Below are positions 9,943 through 19,200 of a stretch of 64,000 bases of DNA, piece by piece. The notes beneath the pieces are model-generated. The model saw only the letters and a list, made by a program, of their open reading frames with translations, was not told the origin of the DNA and ran no database searches. A program made the position numbers and the translations under genes. Each line of letters begins with the position of its first letter. The stretch's first letter is position 1. The stretch is from positions 128,001 through 192,000 of the forward strand of contig CAVSPA010000005.1 of the NCBI GenBank assembly GCA_963729715.1. The letters run 5' to 3'. Origin of the DNA: an uncultured delta proteobacterium (GTDB taxonomy: Bacteria; Desulfobacterota; Syntrophia; Syntrophales; UBA2185).

Positions 9943-11292
9943 GGTACTGTCAATTTTATTGTGTAAATTTTTCATAGGCCACTTCTTGAAAGAATGGCAG
10001 GTTTTTTTGCACTTTTCCTACGGGGTTTGATCTCCAATGCAGTTCCATTTTTAGAGAGACAAAGGCCAGGAGACGATAGCAGGCAGACTCTCCGGCCAGT
10101 ATCTCCATGGATTTTGTTCTCCGTTTAAATTCCTTGTTCAACCGTTCAATGATATTTGAGGTTCTCAATGAAATCCACTCTTCCTTGGGGAAGTTGAAAA
10201 AAGACAAACAGGCGTCAATGGATCTCTCTAAACAACTTACGGCAGAAGGGATATCCTTCTCCCATTTCCTTTTGAAGATTTCAAAAGATTCCAGCGCCGT
10301 CTCCTTTGAAGAGGCATAGAAGATGGTTCTTACATCATTCGCCACGGCCTGTTTCAGTTTCTTAGGCACCTTGGCCAGAACATTCCGGGCAACATGGACC
10401 TGGCAGCGTTGGATCTTGGCTTTGGGAAACTCTTCTTCAAAGACAGATTCCAATCCCGATAAACCATCCATGATTCCCAGGGTAACTTTCTGGCCATCCA
10501 ATCCACGAACTTTTAAATCCTTGAAAAACTCTCTCCAGGAGGAAGCAGACTCTTTGTCCCCGGCCTGCAAACCTACAACCAGCTTGTGGCCTCTTTCTGT
10601 AACACCGATAGCCACCAGAACAGGTATTAACTCAATACTTCTTCCCACACGCATACGGAAAGTCACACCATCCACAAAGAGATATTTAATGGGTTCCTGA
10701 GATAGATCTCTCATCCTCCACTTCTCAACGGCCTCTGTCAGATCAGTATTTGCGTGGCTGATCTCTGTATGGGAAATACGCCGCCCGATCAATCTACGGG
10801 AGATCATGGAAAGGCTCCGGGTACTGATTCCCGTTAAAAACATCAGGCTTAAATCCCGGCTTATCTCTTCTTCGTACTGCTTGCTCCGGGGAATAACATT
10901 GGTCTTAAAATCACCCTCCCGGTCTCGGGGAATTTTGACCTTTACCTCCCCAATGTCTTTTAATGTGAAGTTACGATCATAGGTGCCATTGCGATGATTT
11001 ACCTCGCCATTACCACGTTCATAAGGTTCTCTCCCCAGAAAATGGGTGAGTTCCGCATTCATCAGCGCTGTCAGATATTGCCCAACGGTCTCTTTAATGT
11101 CCAATCGCACCATCTCAAAAAGTTGCTCCGGCTGCTCCTGAATCTCCTTGAAAATCTCCTTAACTTCGGCTACTGTAATCTCCAGTTTCATGGCGCTTTC
11201 TCCTTTCTCTCAGGTTTTGGGATAAACCCTTGTAAAGGAAAAGCGCCTTTTTTTCTACCATCATGAATTTACACAAAAGATTTTACACTACC
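9943..11292 (-). mobile_element. IS256-family insertion sequence, complete (1350 bp)
   Basis: Imperfect terminal IRs GGTACTGTCAA / TTTACACTACC; 8-bp target duplication CTTATTTG (9935-9942 and 11293-11300). Confidence 0.95.
9956..11191 (-). CDS. IS256-family (mutator-like) transposase
   Basis: PRDREG, LFVDG, MDGLSG, QRCQVH, TSNIIERLNKEFKRR motifs. Confidence 0.95.
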   Translation of the reverse strand: MKLEITVAEVKEIFKEIQEQPEQLFEMVRLDIKETVGQYLTALMNAELTHFLGREPYERGNGEVNHRNGTYDRNFTLKDIGEVKVKIPRDREGDFKTNVIPRSKQYEEEISRDLSLMFLTGISTRSLSMISRRLIGRRISHTEISHANTDLTEAVEKWRMRDLSQEPIKYLFVDGVTFRMRVGRSIELIPVLVAIGVTERGHKLVVGLQAGDKESASSWREFFKDLKVRGLDGQKVTLGIMDGLSGLESVFEEEFPKAKIQRCQVHVARNVLAKVPKKLKQAVANDVRTIFYASSKETALESFEIFKRKWEKDIPSAVSCLERSIDACLSFFNFPKEEWISLRTSNIIERLNKEFKRRTKSMEILAGESACYRLLAFVSLKMELHWRSNPVGKVQKNLPFFQEVAYEKFTQ

Positions 11293-11966
11293 CTTATTTG
11301 CGGGATCTTCAATTTTGTTTGCTAAATATCTTTCAACTTCAGGGGAATAATAGTTAGTCTCGTGACCCGTATTATTGACGTCAGACTGAAACTTATTTGT
11401 TCCACCTTTTTCGTAAGTCCAAATCATGCCATCAATCTTAGATGTAAATCCTCTAAGATAGTATTTAGGGACATAATGGTCACCCATGATTTATCAAATT
11501 TTCCTTCATTATTTTGTTCGGCAATTAATATGCTAACAACGCTTTTTCCAATAATATGAGAATTATCATATCACATGTTTTTTCTTTCCAAAAGGAGAAC
11601 ATTATATAATTACTAATGATTATCGTTCGCAATGTTGAATGGATAGGTAAAAAAAAGATATGCAACACTTAAGGAAGAACTATATAAAATAGTATTTTCA
11701 AGAATACATACAAAAGGACGCTTTTCTCCACAGCCAGTATTTTTAAGAAAATATATTTAAGAGTCTACGCAGTCTCTTAAAAATGCCTTTTTTAGCCTTT
11801 AAATAATGGCTTCTTCTTTGTGAGAGAGTTTTTTATAATCTTGACAGACATCCATACTTTCGAATAGTAATCTGTAACATACAAAAGTTTGAATATGAGT
11901 GTTCATCAATGAATGTCTATAAATCCCCTTAATTGAGACGGAATGATACTATCTCTTTAGTAAATG

Positions 11967-12141
11967 AGTTGGGATGTTATATGGATCCGCATAACATCCC
12001 AACTGAAAAATATAAAAATGGTCGATAATGCTTTATTATTATATTATAAAATATGAAACATAAAGTATATTCGCGGGGTGTTATGCCGCAATTTTTGCGG
12101 TGTTTGGGTTTTTATGCGGATCCATATAAACACTGTTGGAT
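11967..12141 (+). repeat. Long inverted-repeat site ending in GTTRRRY core (attC/attI-like)
   Basis: 18-bp perfect IR TTATATGGATCCGCATAA (11977-11994) / TTATGCGGATCCATATAA (12112-12129), then GTTGGAT (12135-12141) just before the HNH gene. An alternative local 14-bp hairpin spans 11967-12004. Confidence 0.5.
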
Positions 12142-12164
12142 CGCCAAAGGAGGCTATATTGGCC

Positions 12165-13028
12165 ATGACACTAAAAGATGATTTGCTGCCGACAGGGAAG
12201 AATCGCGTTATTGACTTAGTTAGCGCTGCCGGTGTCGATGTGTCAGACTGGAGCCACTACAAGCGAGGCTCAAAATGGGCGGCAGCCAATCCGAAGTACT
12301 GCTATGAATGGTCTTTCGTCGAGCCAGGAATAGTAGTTGTGCTAAACCTCTGGTATGCAAACGTCGATGAGCGGAACGGTGTCGTGTCCGTCGTTACCAA
12401 CATGCGGGAGGCCAGTAAGCAACTTGTGACGAACGGGGCGAAGGATGTATGGATCAAGCGTGCTGAGAAGATGGACGAAGCCATACAGGTTGCAATTCGC
12501 GATGGTCTGAAGGTGCGTGTCATTATCAATGATGGCGAGATGCGTGATTCGAACGATCCCAAGGCAAAGGCCTCGGTCGTCAAGCATCGCCACCTTGATC
12601 CGATCCCTTGGACTATCAAGTCATACGACGCGTCGACTGGTCAGTGCATTCTCGTGCGTGGAGGAGATGCTGTTACGTCGATAGACCAATTCGACGTTGC
12701 TTCGCCATCAACACCGGACCCCGAACAAGTGGATGTACACGGAAAGGCGTTCGTCCGAAGTGCGGCTGTCCGTGCCGCGGTTTTGGCCCGCGCCAAAGGT
12801 CGATGTGAATACTGCGGGAAGCCGGGTTTCGCCACTACGCTTGGCGAAGTGTTTCTTGAGACTCACCATATCGTCCCGTTTTCTAAAGGGGGCAAAGACA
12901 TGATCTCCAACGGGGCAGCGGTTTGCCCAAACCATCACAGAGAAGCACACCACGGCGCCAAGGCCGCGCTGATTCGTGACCACCTGCTTGAGGTCGCAGC
13001 AATCAGCATTGTGGAGAAGGCAGTCTAA
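12165..13028 (+). CDS. HNH endonuclease (McrA-like C-terminus) with uncharacterised N-terminal domain
   Basis: RCEYC...ETHHIVP...NGAAVCPNHHREAHH; ATG 12165 follows AAGGAGG. Confidence 0.85.
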   Translation: MTLKDDLLPTGKNRVIDLVSAAGVDVSDWSHYKRGSKWAAANPKYCYEWSFVEPGIVVVLNLWYANVDERNGVVSVVTNMREASKQLVTNGAKDVWIKRAEKMDEAIQVAIRDGLKVRVIINDGEMRDSNDPKAKASVVKHRHLDPIPWTIKSYDASTGQCILVRGGDAVTSIDQFDVASPSTPDPEQVDVHGKAFVRSAAVRAAVLARAKGRCEYCGKPGFATTLGEVFLETHHIVPFSKGGKDMISNGAAVCPNHHREAHHGAKAALIRDHLLEVAAISIVEKAV

Positions 13029-13076
13029 CAAGTCGCTGCAACCGATGGCGCACTCCGGTTGAGTTTTTCGTTAGGG
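13023..13076 (+). other. Integron attC site
   Basis: GTCTAAC-AAGTC-GCTGCAACCG...CGGTTGAGT-TTTTC-GTTAGGG; the HNH stop codon lies inside the RYYYAAC box, as in typical cassettes. Confidence 0.75.
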
Positions 13077-13091
13077 AAAGGAGGATCAATC

Positions 13092-13403
13092 ATGCAGAAT
13101 GTCGCACAAGCAAATTCCAATTTAGTGGTCACACTGTACTTCGCTATGAAAATACTTCCGATGATAATTTCTGGAATATGTATTTATCTTGGCTATAAAC
13201 TGTTTATTTTAGGCGTTACTGGACAGGCTAGCATCAGTGTTCAATCCAATACCGTTAGCGGCCAATTACTCAATGCAGCGCCTGGGCTATTCTTTGCGGT
13301 TGGCGGTGTTGTCGCTTTGATATTCTCTATAAGTAAAGGTGTGCAAATTGGCTTTAATAACAGTGATGGCTCAGGCATTGATATTCAAACTTTGCGCAGG
13401 TAG
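13092..13403 (+). CDS. Small two-TM membrane protein, gene cassette
   Basis: GGAGG RBS and two hydrophobic segments. Cassette starts G/TTAGGG and ends CCCTAAC, which are exact complements. Confidence 0.75.
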   Translation: MQNVAQANSNLVVTLYFAMKILPMIISGICIYLGYKLFILGVTGQASISVQSNTVSGQLLNAAPGLFFAVGGVVALIFSISKGVQIGFNNSDGSGIDIQTLRR

Positions 13404-13408
13404 CAATT

Positions 13409-13429
13409 CCCTAACCCGGCGCTCAAGCG
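13409..13429 (+). other. Truncated attC (left half only)
   Basis: CCCTAAC-CCGGC-GCTCAAGCG, with no matching right half downstream. Confidence 0.6.
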
Positions 13430-13447
13430 AATATCATATGAAGTATA

Positions 13448-13508
13448 GCATTATGCTACGCTTCAACGGCCAGCCATAGTGAGTCCGAATGAAAGCGCCT
13501 CATTATGC
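13448..13508 (-). other. Decayed attC-like site downstream of the NACHT gene
   Basis: Minus strand GCATAAT-GAGGCGCTTTCATTCGGAC...GGCCGTTGAAGCGTAGC-ATAATGC resembles attC, but both core boxes are mutated. Confidence 0.35.
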
Positions 13509-13544
13509 GGCACGATTTGCTCTCGTACATTCGAAATGCATCAG

Positions 13545-16500
13545 TCATATCGGCTCCGTAAGTGTAATCTGCGGCCAGGGAACTCCCGTTGTAATATTGG
13601 GATGACGTGGTTCGGACTCGACGTGTCCATAATCGTCCCGAATTTCATCTATGACGGTCAGGCACTCGGTCGCAAGCCGAGATTCCGCAGGGCTACCGTT
13701 CACCACCATATCAAAAAGATTTTCCCTAAGTTCAGTTGCAGGCAAACTATATAATTGCTGCATTCCGGATGACTCTATTGGAGTCCGACCAACGAGCAAA
13801 TGGCGCAGCGCCGTATATAGTGTGGTATCTCGGAATCGCTTATCTTGTGCTGCGCCAACGCGAACAAGAAGTAACACCCCGTCTGCATCTGCCGCATTTG
13901 CAATGGCGTTCTCAAGTATTGACTTAGCAGAACTGTCGGTAATTCGTTGGAACCGTTCATATACGTCTTGACGAAACTGCCCATGGGAATTCACTAGGGC
14001 CGTGAGTCTATTGCCGAAATCCATCCTATCGTGGCTTCCACGTTTGCCAGATAACGATGCATTGCAGACTAAGTCCAGCAATATTCTGGCAGCCGTCAGG
14101 GTATTGCGTTTGGTCAGTGCCTCCAGCCATTCATGCTCATTGAGAAATCGCTCATCTCTCTTTGCCAGTTCGCTAAGGATGTTCTCAGCTTCGATGGTCG
14201 GCGCATAGCTTAATGCAGAAAGCAACCCACGAAGCTTCCAAGGCACCAAATAACGGTCTTCCAAACGGGCGAGCACATCCAAAATGGAACTGGGCGTTTC
14301 CGTGAATGGTAAAAGCCTTAACCACGCATCCAGACGCCATCCATCTTGTTCCTGAAGCATCCACGGATTCGTCTTCGCGTTTTCCAAAAGCTCATCAATA
14401 CCCTGAAGAACAATCTCAGAAGAAATCACTTCTCGAGAAAGCACGAGGACATTTAGAAGCACTTGCTTTTCAATGGCAGGGAGTGGCAATTTTAGCAATG
14501 ATCGAATCATATCGGCTTTATCAACATAGGGCATGCTGAATGCAACAGTTGCAAGCTTTAGAGCATGTCTGTAGTCATCTTGTGCATCCGATTTGATGAG
14601 ATCATCGACCACGGCTAGGATGTCATTGACGAATGCCTGCGTCTCAACTCCGGTCCCGGGTTGACGCTTTGTGTATTCACTTGATACTACTGAAAAGTCG
14701 GGCCATGATCTAATGAAACCTCTGTCTTTCTTGACAGGTTGCGATTTCATCCAGACAGCTTTGAGGACGTAGGCAGCATCAACACCGAAGTCATGGTTTG
14801 ACAGATAGGCTTTCATTATTCGTACAGTCTGATCATCACCAATAGCGGCGAAGGCGCGTCCGTACTGGGGGGTCCAAGACATCTGTGCGTCGTTCCGAAT
14901 ATGACGACCGGTCTTTCGCGCATCCAAAAACTCTTTCATGGCTCGTTTTCGCCGTTCCAGGTCTTCCGACAGCAGTTCCTGAAGCACAGGCACGAGCGCA
15001 GGCGATTCAAGTCGTTCTGCAGCTTGTGCTATCTCAGCAAATTGTGCACGCGTAGCCTCAGGGGAAGCGAGGAGGGTTTGTGCCCACTGCAGGACGGCAG
15101 TGGTCGCATGGTCATACGCAGTAGCGTCAAGTCCGAGTGATTGCTGTTCGACGCTCCCTCCATGCCGGAATATGAGGTCAGCGAGTATGGCAATTTCGTC
15201 TGGCCTTTCAGTTGCTGCATGTTCAAGAAGAGCCTGAATGAATGAATTGGGTTTGGTATTCCAAATCCAACGGCACAGCCTGTGATATTCATCGCTCAGT
15301 GCCTTATCGTATCTACCGTTGTTATCTTTTATCTTGCTGTGTATACTGAATACCTGATCGATGAGTTGACCGATGCTTTTCGTCCCGATAATACTGACTG
15401 CTGATTCTGCTCCCTTATCCTCACCCGAACTGCGTAAGACACGTTCTACAAGCGGCCCCTCGTCAATGACTAAATCGGATTTCTTCAGTAATTCGTTGGT
15501 TCCGAACGGCACTGGCCTCCCACTTTCAAGCAGCGACACGAAAGCACCGACTACATCCTCAGGGTATAACTCATACGTCCGATGAACGAGCCATGTATTA
15601 TCCTGTGCCTTATCCGAAAAATCTATTTTCTCAATGAGCTCAACAATCTTCGTACTCGTTTCAGGATTGCGAACATTCGAATTCAAGAGCATATTTAGAA
15701 TTTTCCGAGTATCCGTTTCTGCAGCAAGAAGGTCATTAGCTTCTTTTGCCATCCGTGCCGATACTTGCGGATCAGCGAATTCATGGGGGTACCACTTTGT
15801 GGCTAGGGAACGCCAAACCTCATCAGGAGCGGTCTTGAGAATATCTTTTGCGAAGCGATCCGCGCGTCTGAACAGCAGAGATTCGATAACGGATTTTTTG
15901 ACCTCTGAACTCGCATCGTTCTTGGCTAGGTGTGTGGCAAAGTCAATACCGTCCATGCCGCCATTGCTCGCGATCTCTGCAATCACGTTCACCCTTACTT
16001 TCTCGGGAAGTAGCGCGATTTGTTTCTGCGCATCTGAACCAAGGACACTCACACGAAATTTTCGTCCAGACCGCAGAGCGTGAAGATGTATCTGGTCATT
16101 TGGGTCCGAAATCAAAGGCCAAATATATTGCGAAAACTCGGCCCGGCCTGTTTCAATCATAAACTGTACGGCACGGTCCACGCACCCTTCGGTGTGCCAT
16201 TTCCTGGCAAAGGATATGGTATTATCCCTGATCTGCTTCCACACTTTATCAGATGAACGATAAATCATTTCCGCTGAAAGCAAAGGATCGATTCCTAGTG
16301 TTTCAAGAATAATGCTTGATACAGCCTTAATACTGTCTTGATCCGCACGGGATAAACGGTCACATGCAAAAAGGACCGCTTCTTCCCAAATAGGAATGTC
16401 AAGCACTTCTTCTCTCAACGTCTTCTTGGCTTTGTTATCACCCGACGCAGCAGAGAGCATCAGTTGCTGTACCCAGAACGATGCATACCATTCCTGGAAT

Positions 16501-17933
16501 TGCTGGTGCTGGAACGATACACCACCCGATTCTGCTTCTGACCGAACGAGCATATGCGCATTCACTAGTGTATCAAGCACCATCATAGGTTGAAGAAGCT
16601 GCGAGATTTGCTTGTCGGCCTTAAGATGCTCTTGCACAGTATTGACTACGGTGCGGGCCTGGGCATCGGAAAGCACTATGGTCTCCTGACGTGTGGCTTC
16701 ACCGGCTATGGCTTCCAGAAAATCACTATGGAAACCTTGGAGTGCTTCTCGGAGCGTTATTAATTTATCCTTGTCTCGCTCCAGTTCCTTGACAAAAGAT
16801 CGCAATATTTCTTCTTTGGTTGTCGGAAGCGACCCCCCTGGCGTTTGTTTCAGCAAGGCTGTCAGGTAAAGCGGGATCGCTACCAATTCCCTAAGACCGG
16901 GCGTTCGCCAAGCATGGTCCATCAGGGATACCCCATCCGAACCACGTAGCGCCTTCGCGATATCCAGTTGCTGTTCTTCTGACAGTACGTCCACTTCGAC
17001 AACAGGTCCTTTGATCGGGATATCAAACTCCTTATGCCTTGAACTGACAACCAGACGTATTTCGGGGAAGTCTCGCCGGAGAGATTTAATGTCGTTGCGT
17101 ACACGTCGTTTGGATGCTACATCCAACTCATTCCATCCATCCAGAATAAGCACCAACCTTCCATGCTTGGCGAGCATATCCAATTGACATTCTCTTGCAT
17201 CCCGAAACGACGCTCGTTGCAGGAGCGACTGAAAGAAGGTGTCGGAACGGGTTGACCACTCACTCAGTGGAACAAACGCAGCGACAGACGAGGCTTTGTT
17301 AAGAATTGCCTCCGTCACTTGTAGAAGCGTCGTTGTCTTTCCAGTGCCGGGCGGAGCTATAACAGCGATTTCATCAAATACTTCGATCGCTGAGGCCAAG
17401 CCGGAAGCCGTAAACACATCCGCGCTCTCCCCATCCACCATCTTGAGAGCAAGAGCTATGGCATGCGATGGCCATCCGGGCATGCGCTGGAAGGCCGATA
17501 AGTCTAATCTGGAGTAATCAATAAGTAGATCGGTGGCCGTTTGAACATCTCCATCATCCGTGAGGAGCGTTCCGACTGGACTCGGTTTGGAGGAAGCAAC
17601 CTCTAGGAAAGACCTGTGTTCGGCTATTCTCTTCCAGGAAACCAACTCATTGATCGTAAAATGCGCATCATCGGAATCAACCAGCTTCGCGTGAGTCCCG
17701 CAGAGCCAGATACCGTTGGAATGGTTCTTGCGTTGATCGCTCGTTAAGTTTGGATCGTAACGTGGCCCACCAAGGGACGCGGCGGTTATGTGAGCTGCAA
17801 AACCGACGTTGATTGTTCCTTCGTCATCGGACGCGGCTCCTCTCGTCGGGATTCCGCAATCAGGCTTTGAGCATCTGTACCCCGCGCGCTGTGCTATCAA
17901 TTCCTTAGTTTTCGGCGTAAATTCGTCTCTCAT
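13545..17933 (-). CDS. HNH-NACHT (STAND/NLR-like) protein with long helical-repeat C-terminus
   Basis: N-terminal RCSKPDC...AAHITAASLGGPRYD...NGIWLCGTHAKLVD; Walker A APPGTGKTT; Walker B LILDGWNE; winged-helix FQHQQFQEWY; 1462 aa. Confidence 0.85.
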   Translation of the reverse strand: MRDEFTPKTKELIAQRAGYRCSKPDCGIPTRGAASDDEGTINVGFAAHITAASLGGPRYDPNLTSDQRKNHSNGIWLCGTHAKLVDSDDAHFTINELVSWKRIAEHRSFLEVASSKPSPVGTLLTDDGDVQTATDLLIDYSRLDLSAFQRMPGWPSHAIALALKMVDGESADVFTASGLASAIEVFDEIAVIAPPGTGKTTTLLQVTEAILNKASSVAAFVPLSEWSTRSDTFFQSLLQRASFRDARECQLDMLAKHGRLVLILDGWNELDVASKRRVRNDIKSLRRDFPEIRLVVSSRHKEFDIPIKGPVVEVDVLSEEQQLDIAKALRGSDGVSLMDHAWRTPGLRELVAIPLYLTALLKQTPGGSLPTTKEEILRSFVKELERDKDKLITLREALQGFHSDFLEAIAGEATRQETIVLSDAQARTVVNTVQEHLKADKQISQLLQPMMVLDTLVNAHMLVRSEAESGGVSFQHQQFQEWYASFWVQQLMLSAASGDNKAKKTLREEVLDIPIWEEAVLFACDRLSRADQDSIKAVSSIILETLGIDPLLSAEMIYRSSDKVWKQIRDNTISFARKWHTEGCVDRAVQFMIETGRAEFSQYIWPLISDPNDQIHLHALRSGRKFRVSVLGSDAQKQIALLPEKVRVNVIAEIASNGGMDGIDFATHLAKNDASSEVKKSVIESLLFRRADRFAKDILKTAPDEVWRSLATKWYPHEFADPQVSARMAKEANDLLAAETDTRKILNMLLNSNVRNPETSTKIVELIEKIDFSDKAQDNTWLVHRTYELYPEDVVGAFVSLLESGRPVPFGTNELLKKSDLVIDEGPLVERVLRSSGEDKGAESAVSIIGTKSIGQLIDQVFSIHSKIKDNNGRYDKALSDEYHRLCRWIWNTKPNSFIQALLEHAATERPDEIAILADLIFRHGGSVEQQSLGLDATAYDHATTAVLQWAQTLLASPEATRAQFAEIAQAAERLESPALVPVLQELLSEDLERRKRAMKEFLDARKTGRHIRNDAQMSWTPQYGRAFAAIGDDQTVRIMKAYLSNHDFGVDAAYVLKAVWMKSQPVKKDRGFIRSWPDFSVVSSEYTKRQPGTGVETQAFVNDILAVVDDLIKSDAQDDYRHALKLATVAFSMPYVDKADMIRSLLKLPLPAIEKQVLLNVLVLSREVISSEIVLQGIDELLENAKTNPWMLQEQDGWRLDAWLRLLPFTETPSSILDVLARLEDRYLVPWKLRGLLSALSYAPTIEAENILSELAKRDERFLNEHEWLEALTKRNTLTAARILLDLVCNASLSGKRGSHDRMDFGNRLTALVNSHGQFRQDVYERFQRITDSSAKSILENAIANAADADGVLLLVRVGAAQDKRFRDTTLYTALRHLLVGRTPIESSGMQQLYSLPATELRENLFDMVVNGSPAESRLATECLTVIDEIRDDYGHVESEPRHPNITTGVPWPQITLTEPI

Positions 17934-18087
17934 GCAACCGTTCCGGCTCAGGAATTAAATCGAATCCCTCTTTGGAAATGGTTATGCGGTGAAGTATCAG
18001 GGAATTACTATTCTTGGCTTTACCCATAAGGACTACCTGGCAGGGAGAATGATTGATTTCTCGAGCTGCCGATTAACTGATCGAAAG

Positions 18088-18147
18088 GAAGTAACGAAAA
18101 GATCACTGGCACTAGGAACGGGCGTCCGGTGGAGTAACTGGTTGATA
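18088..18147 (-). other. Degenerate attC site after the REase-TOPRIM pair
   Basis: Minus strand TATCAAC-CAGTT-ACTCCACCGGAC...GCCAGTGAT-CTTTTC-GTTACTT; the L-boxes pair and the AAC/GTT triplets are intact. Confidence 0.55.
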
Positions 18148-18181
18148 CTCGTAAGCATTTATTTATGATTCTTCTCGTTGG

Positions 18182-18661
18182 TCATATCTTAGATTTCCGT
18201 TCTAACAACTTTTTAATTCTAGTGTAAAATCGAGTATTTTTTGGTGTAAATTTTTTTTTCTTCATAACTTGAATAGCGTTCATTCTAATTTTTTCCTTTG
18301 GGAAAATTGGGCTCCATTTTGAAAGCTCAGGCATAAAATTGTTCAAACGACATATTTGGGCAATTTCCGCTTCCATCACGGGTATGGCAAATACAATATC
18401 AATGTTTTCATAATTCGATAGCTGAGATTTAATTCGCTTTACATTCACATTTTCGTCATCCATTTCACCATCAGAATCTAGTATCAGTAGAATTCTTCCA
18501 CCCTTTCTATGACGATAAGCAAGAGATATCGCCAACGAAATTGCTTCTGATTGGCCCCCACCAATTGGCACCACCATCCACTCATTTCTTGATATTTCTG
18601 TTTTGAATAAGTTTGCAATTAGAAGTGAATCTGTTTTGCCTTCAGTGATTATGTATTTCAT
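18182..18661 (-). CDS. Stand-alone TOPRIM-like domain protein
   Basis: IITEGKTD and LILDSD match the TOPRIM E and DxD motifs; ATGA overlap with the upstream gene. Confidence 0.7.
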   Translation of the reverse strand: MKYIITEGKTDSLLIANLFKTEISRNEWMVVPIGGGQSEAISLAISLAYRHRKGGRILLILDSDGEMDDENVNVKRIKSQLSNYENIDIVFAIPVMEAEIAQICRLNNFMPELSKWSPIFPKEKIRMNAIQVMKKKKFTPKNTRFYTRIKKLLERKSKI

Positions 18662-19200
18662 CTTTTTATCTCCTGAAGAAAGGCCTTAAGGTGGTAGTCA
18701 AATACGCCTCTTTCGATAAGTGCGTTTACTTTTTTTTCCAGCAGCGCACGGAACAATTTGTTCTTTTTTGTCGCACTATTTATTGCGGTATCAATCTCAT
18801 CGCCTTGAAAAATTATAACATTCTTAGGTTGAAGGAATTTCATATATTCAAGTGCTGCTGTAGTTACTCCAGATTTTGCAATTATTAGCCCCATTGTGTA
18901 TGAGGGTCTAGCCTGCATTCTTATCATTAACTTAGCTATTGGCTCGATGTCGATTTTATCTTTTTTATAAAACTTTGACTCAACTAAAAATGGGATGTGG
19001 TTTAAATAAATAACACCATCGATTTGTTCTTTTTGTTGTGCAATAGGATAGCAGATATTTAAGCCAGATAATTCAAATAGTCGAATCATTAGATACTCGA
19101 ATTCAACTCCAACATTAGGAAAAATTCTTGTGGTGTAGCCATCTTTTGATATGTGTTTGAACTTTTTCTTCCCGTCACTAAAAGTGGCTACATCTGACAT
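18658..19200 (-). CDS. Mrr-like PD-(D/E)xK restriction endonuclease
   Basis: GVEFEYL, EQIDGVI, LVESK motifs; start at 19200 or 19221. Confidence 0.8.
   Translation of the reverse strand: MSDVATFSDGKKKFKHISKDGYTTRIFPNVGVEFEYLMIRLFELSGLNICYPIAQQKEQIDGVIYLNHIPFLVESKFYKKDKIDIEPIAKLMIRMQARPSYTMGLIIAKSGVTTAALEYMKFLQPKNVIIFQGDEIDTAINSATKKNKLFRALLEKKVNALIERGVFDYHLKAFLQEIKR

Larger units (their letters stand above)
9284..11487 (-). pseudogene. DUF4238 protein (281 aa when reconstructed) interrupted by IS256
   Basis: N-part MGDHYVPKYYLRGF...EDPANK (11487-11293) joins in frame to VIEKIRGKK...MVVMLKRVP...FLTCDNPV (9934-9284) once the IS and one TSD copy are removed. Confidence 0.9.

Noticed and set aside
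11560..12140. Retron-like or other ncRNA in the long AT-rich intergenic region
   Set aside because: No reverse transcriptase nearby; the inverted repeats are better explained as a recombination-site relic.
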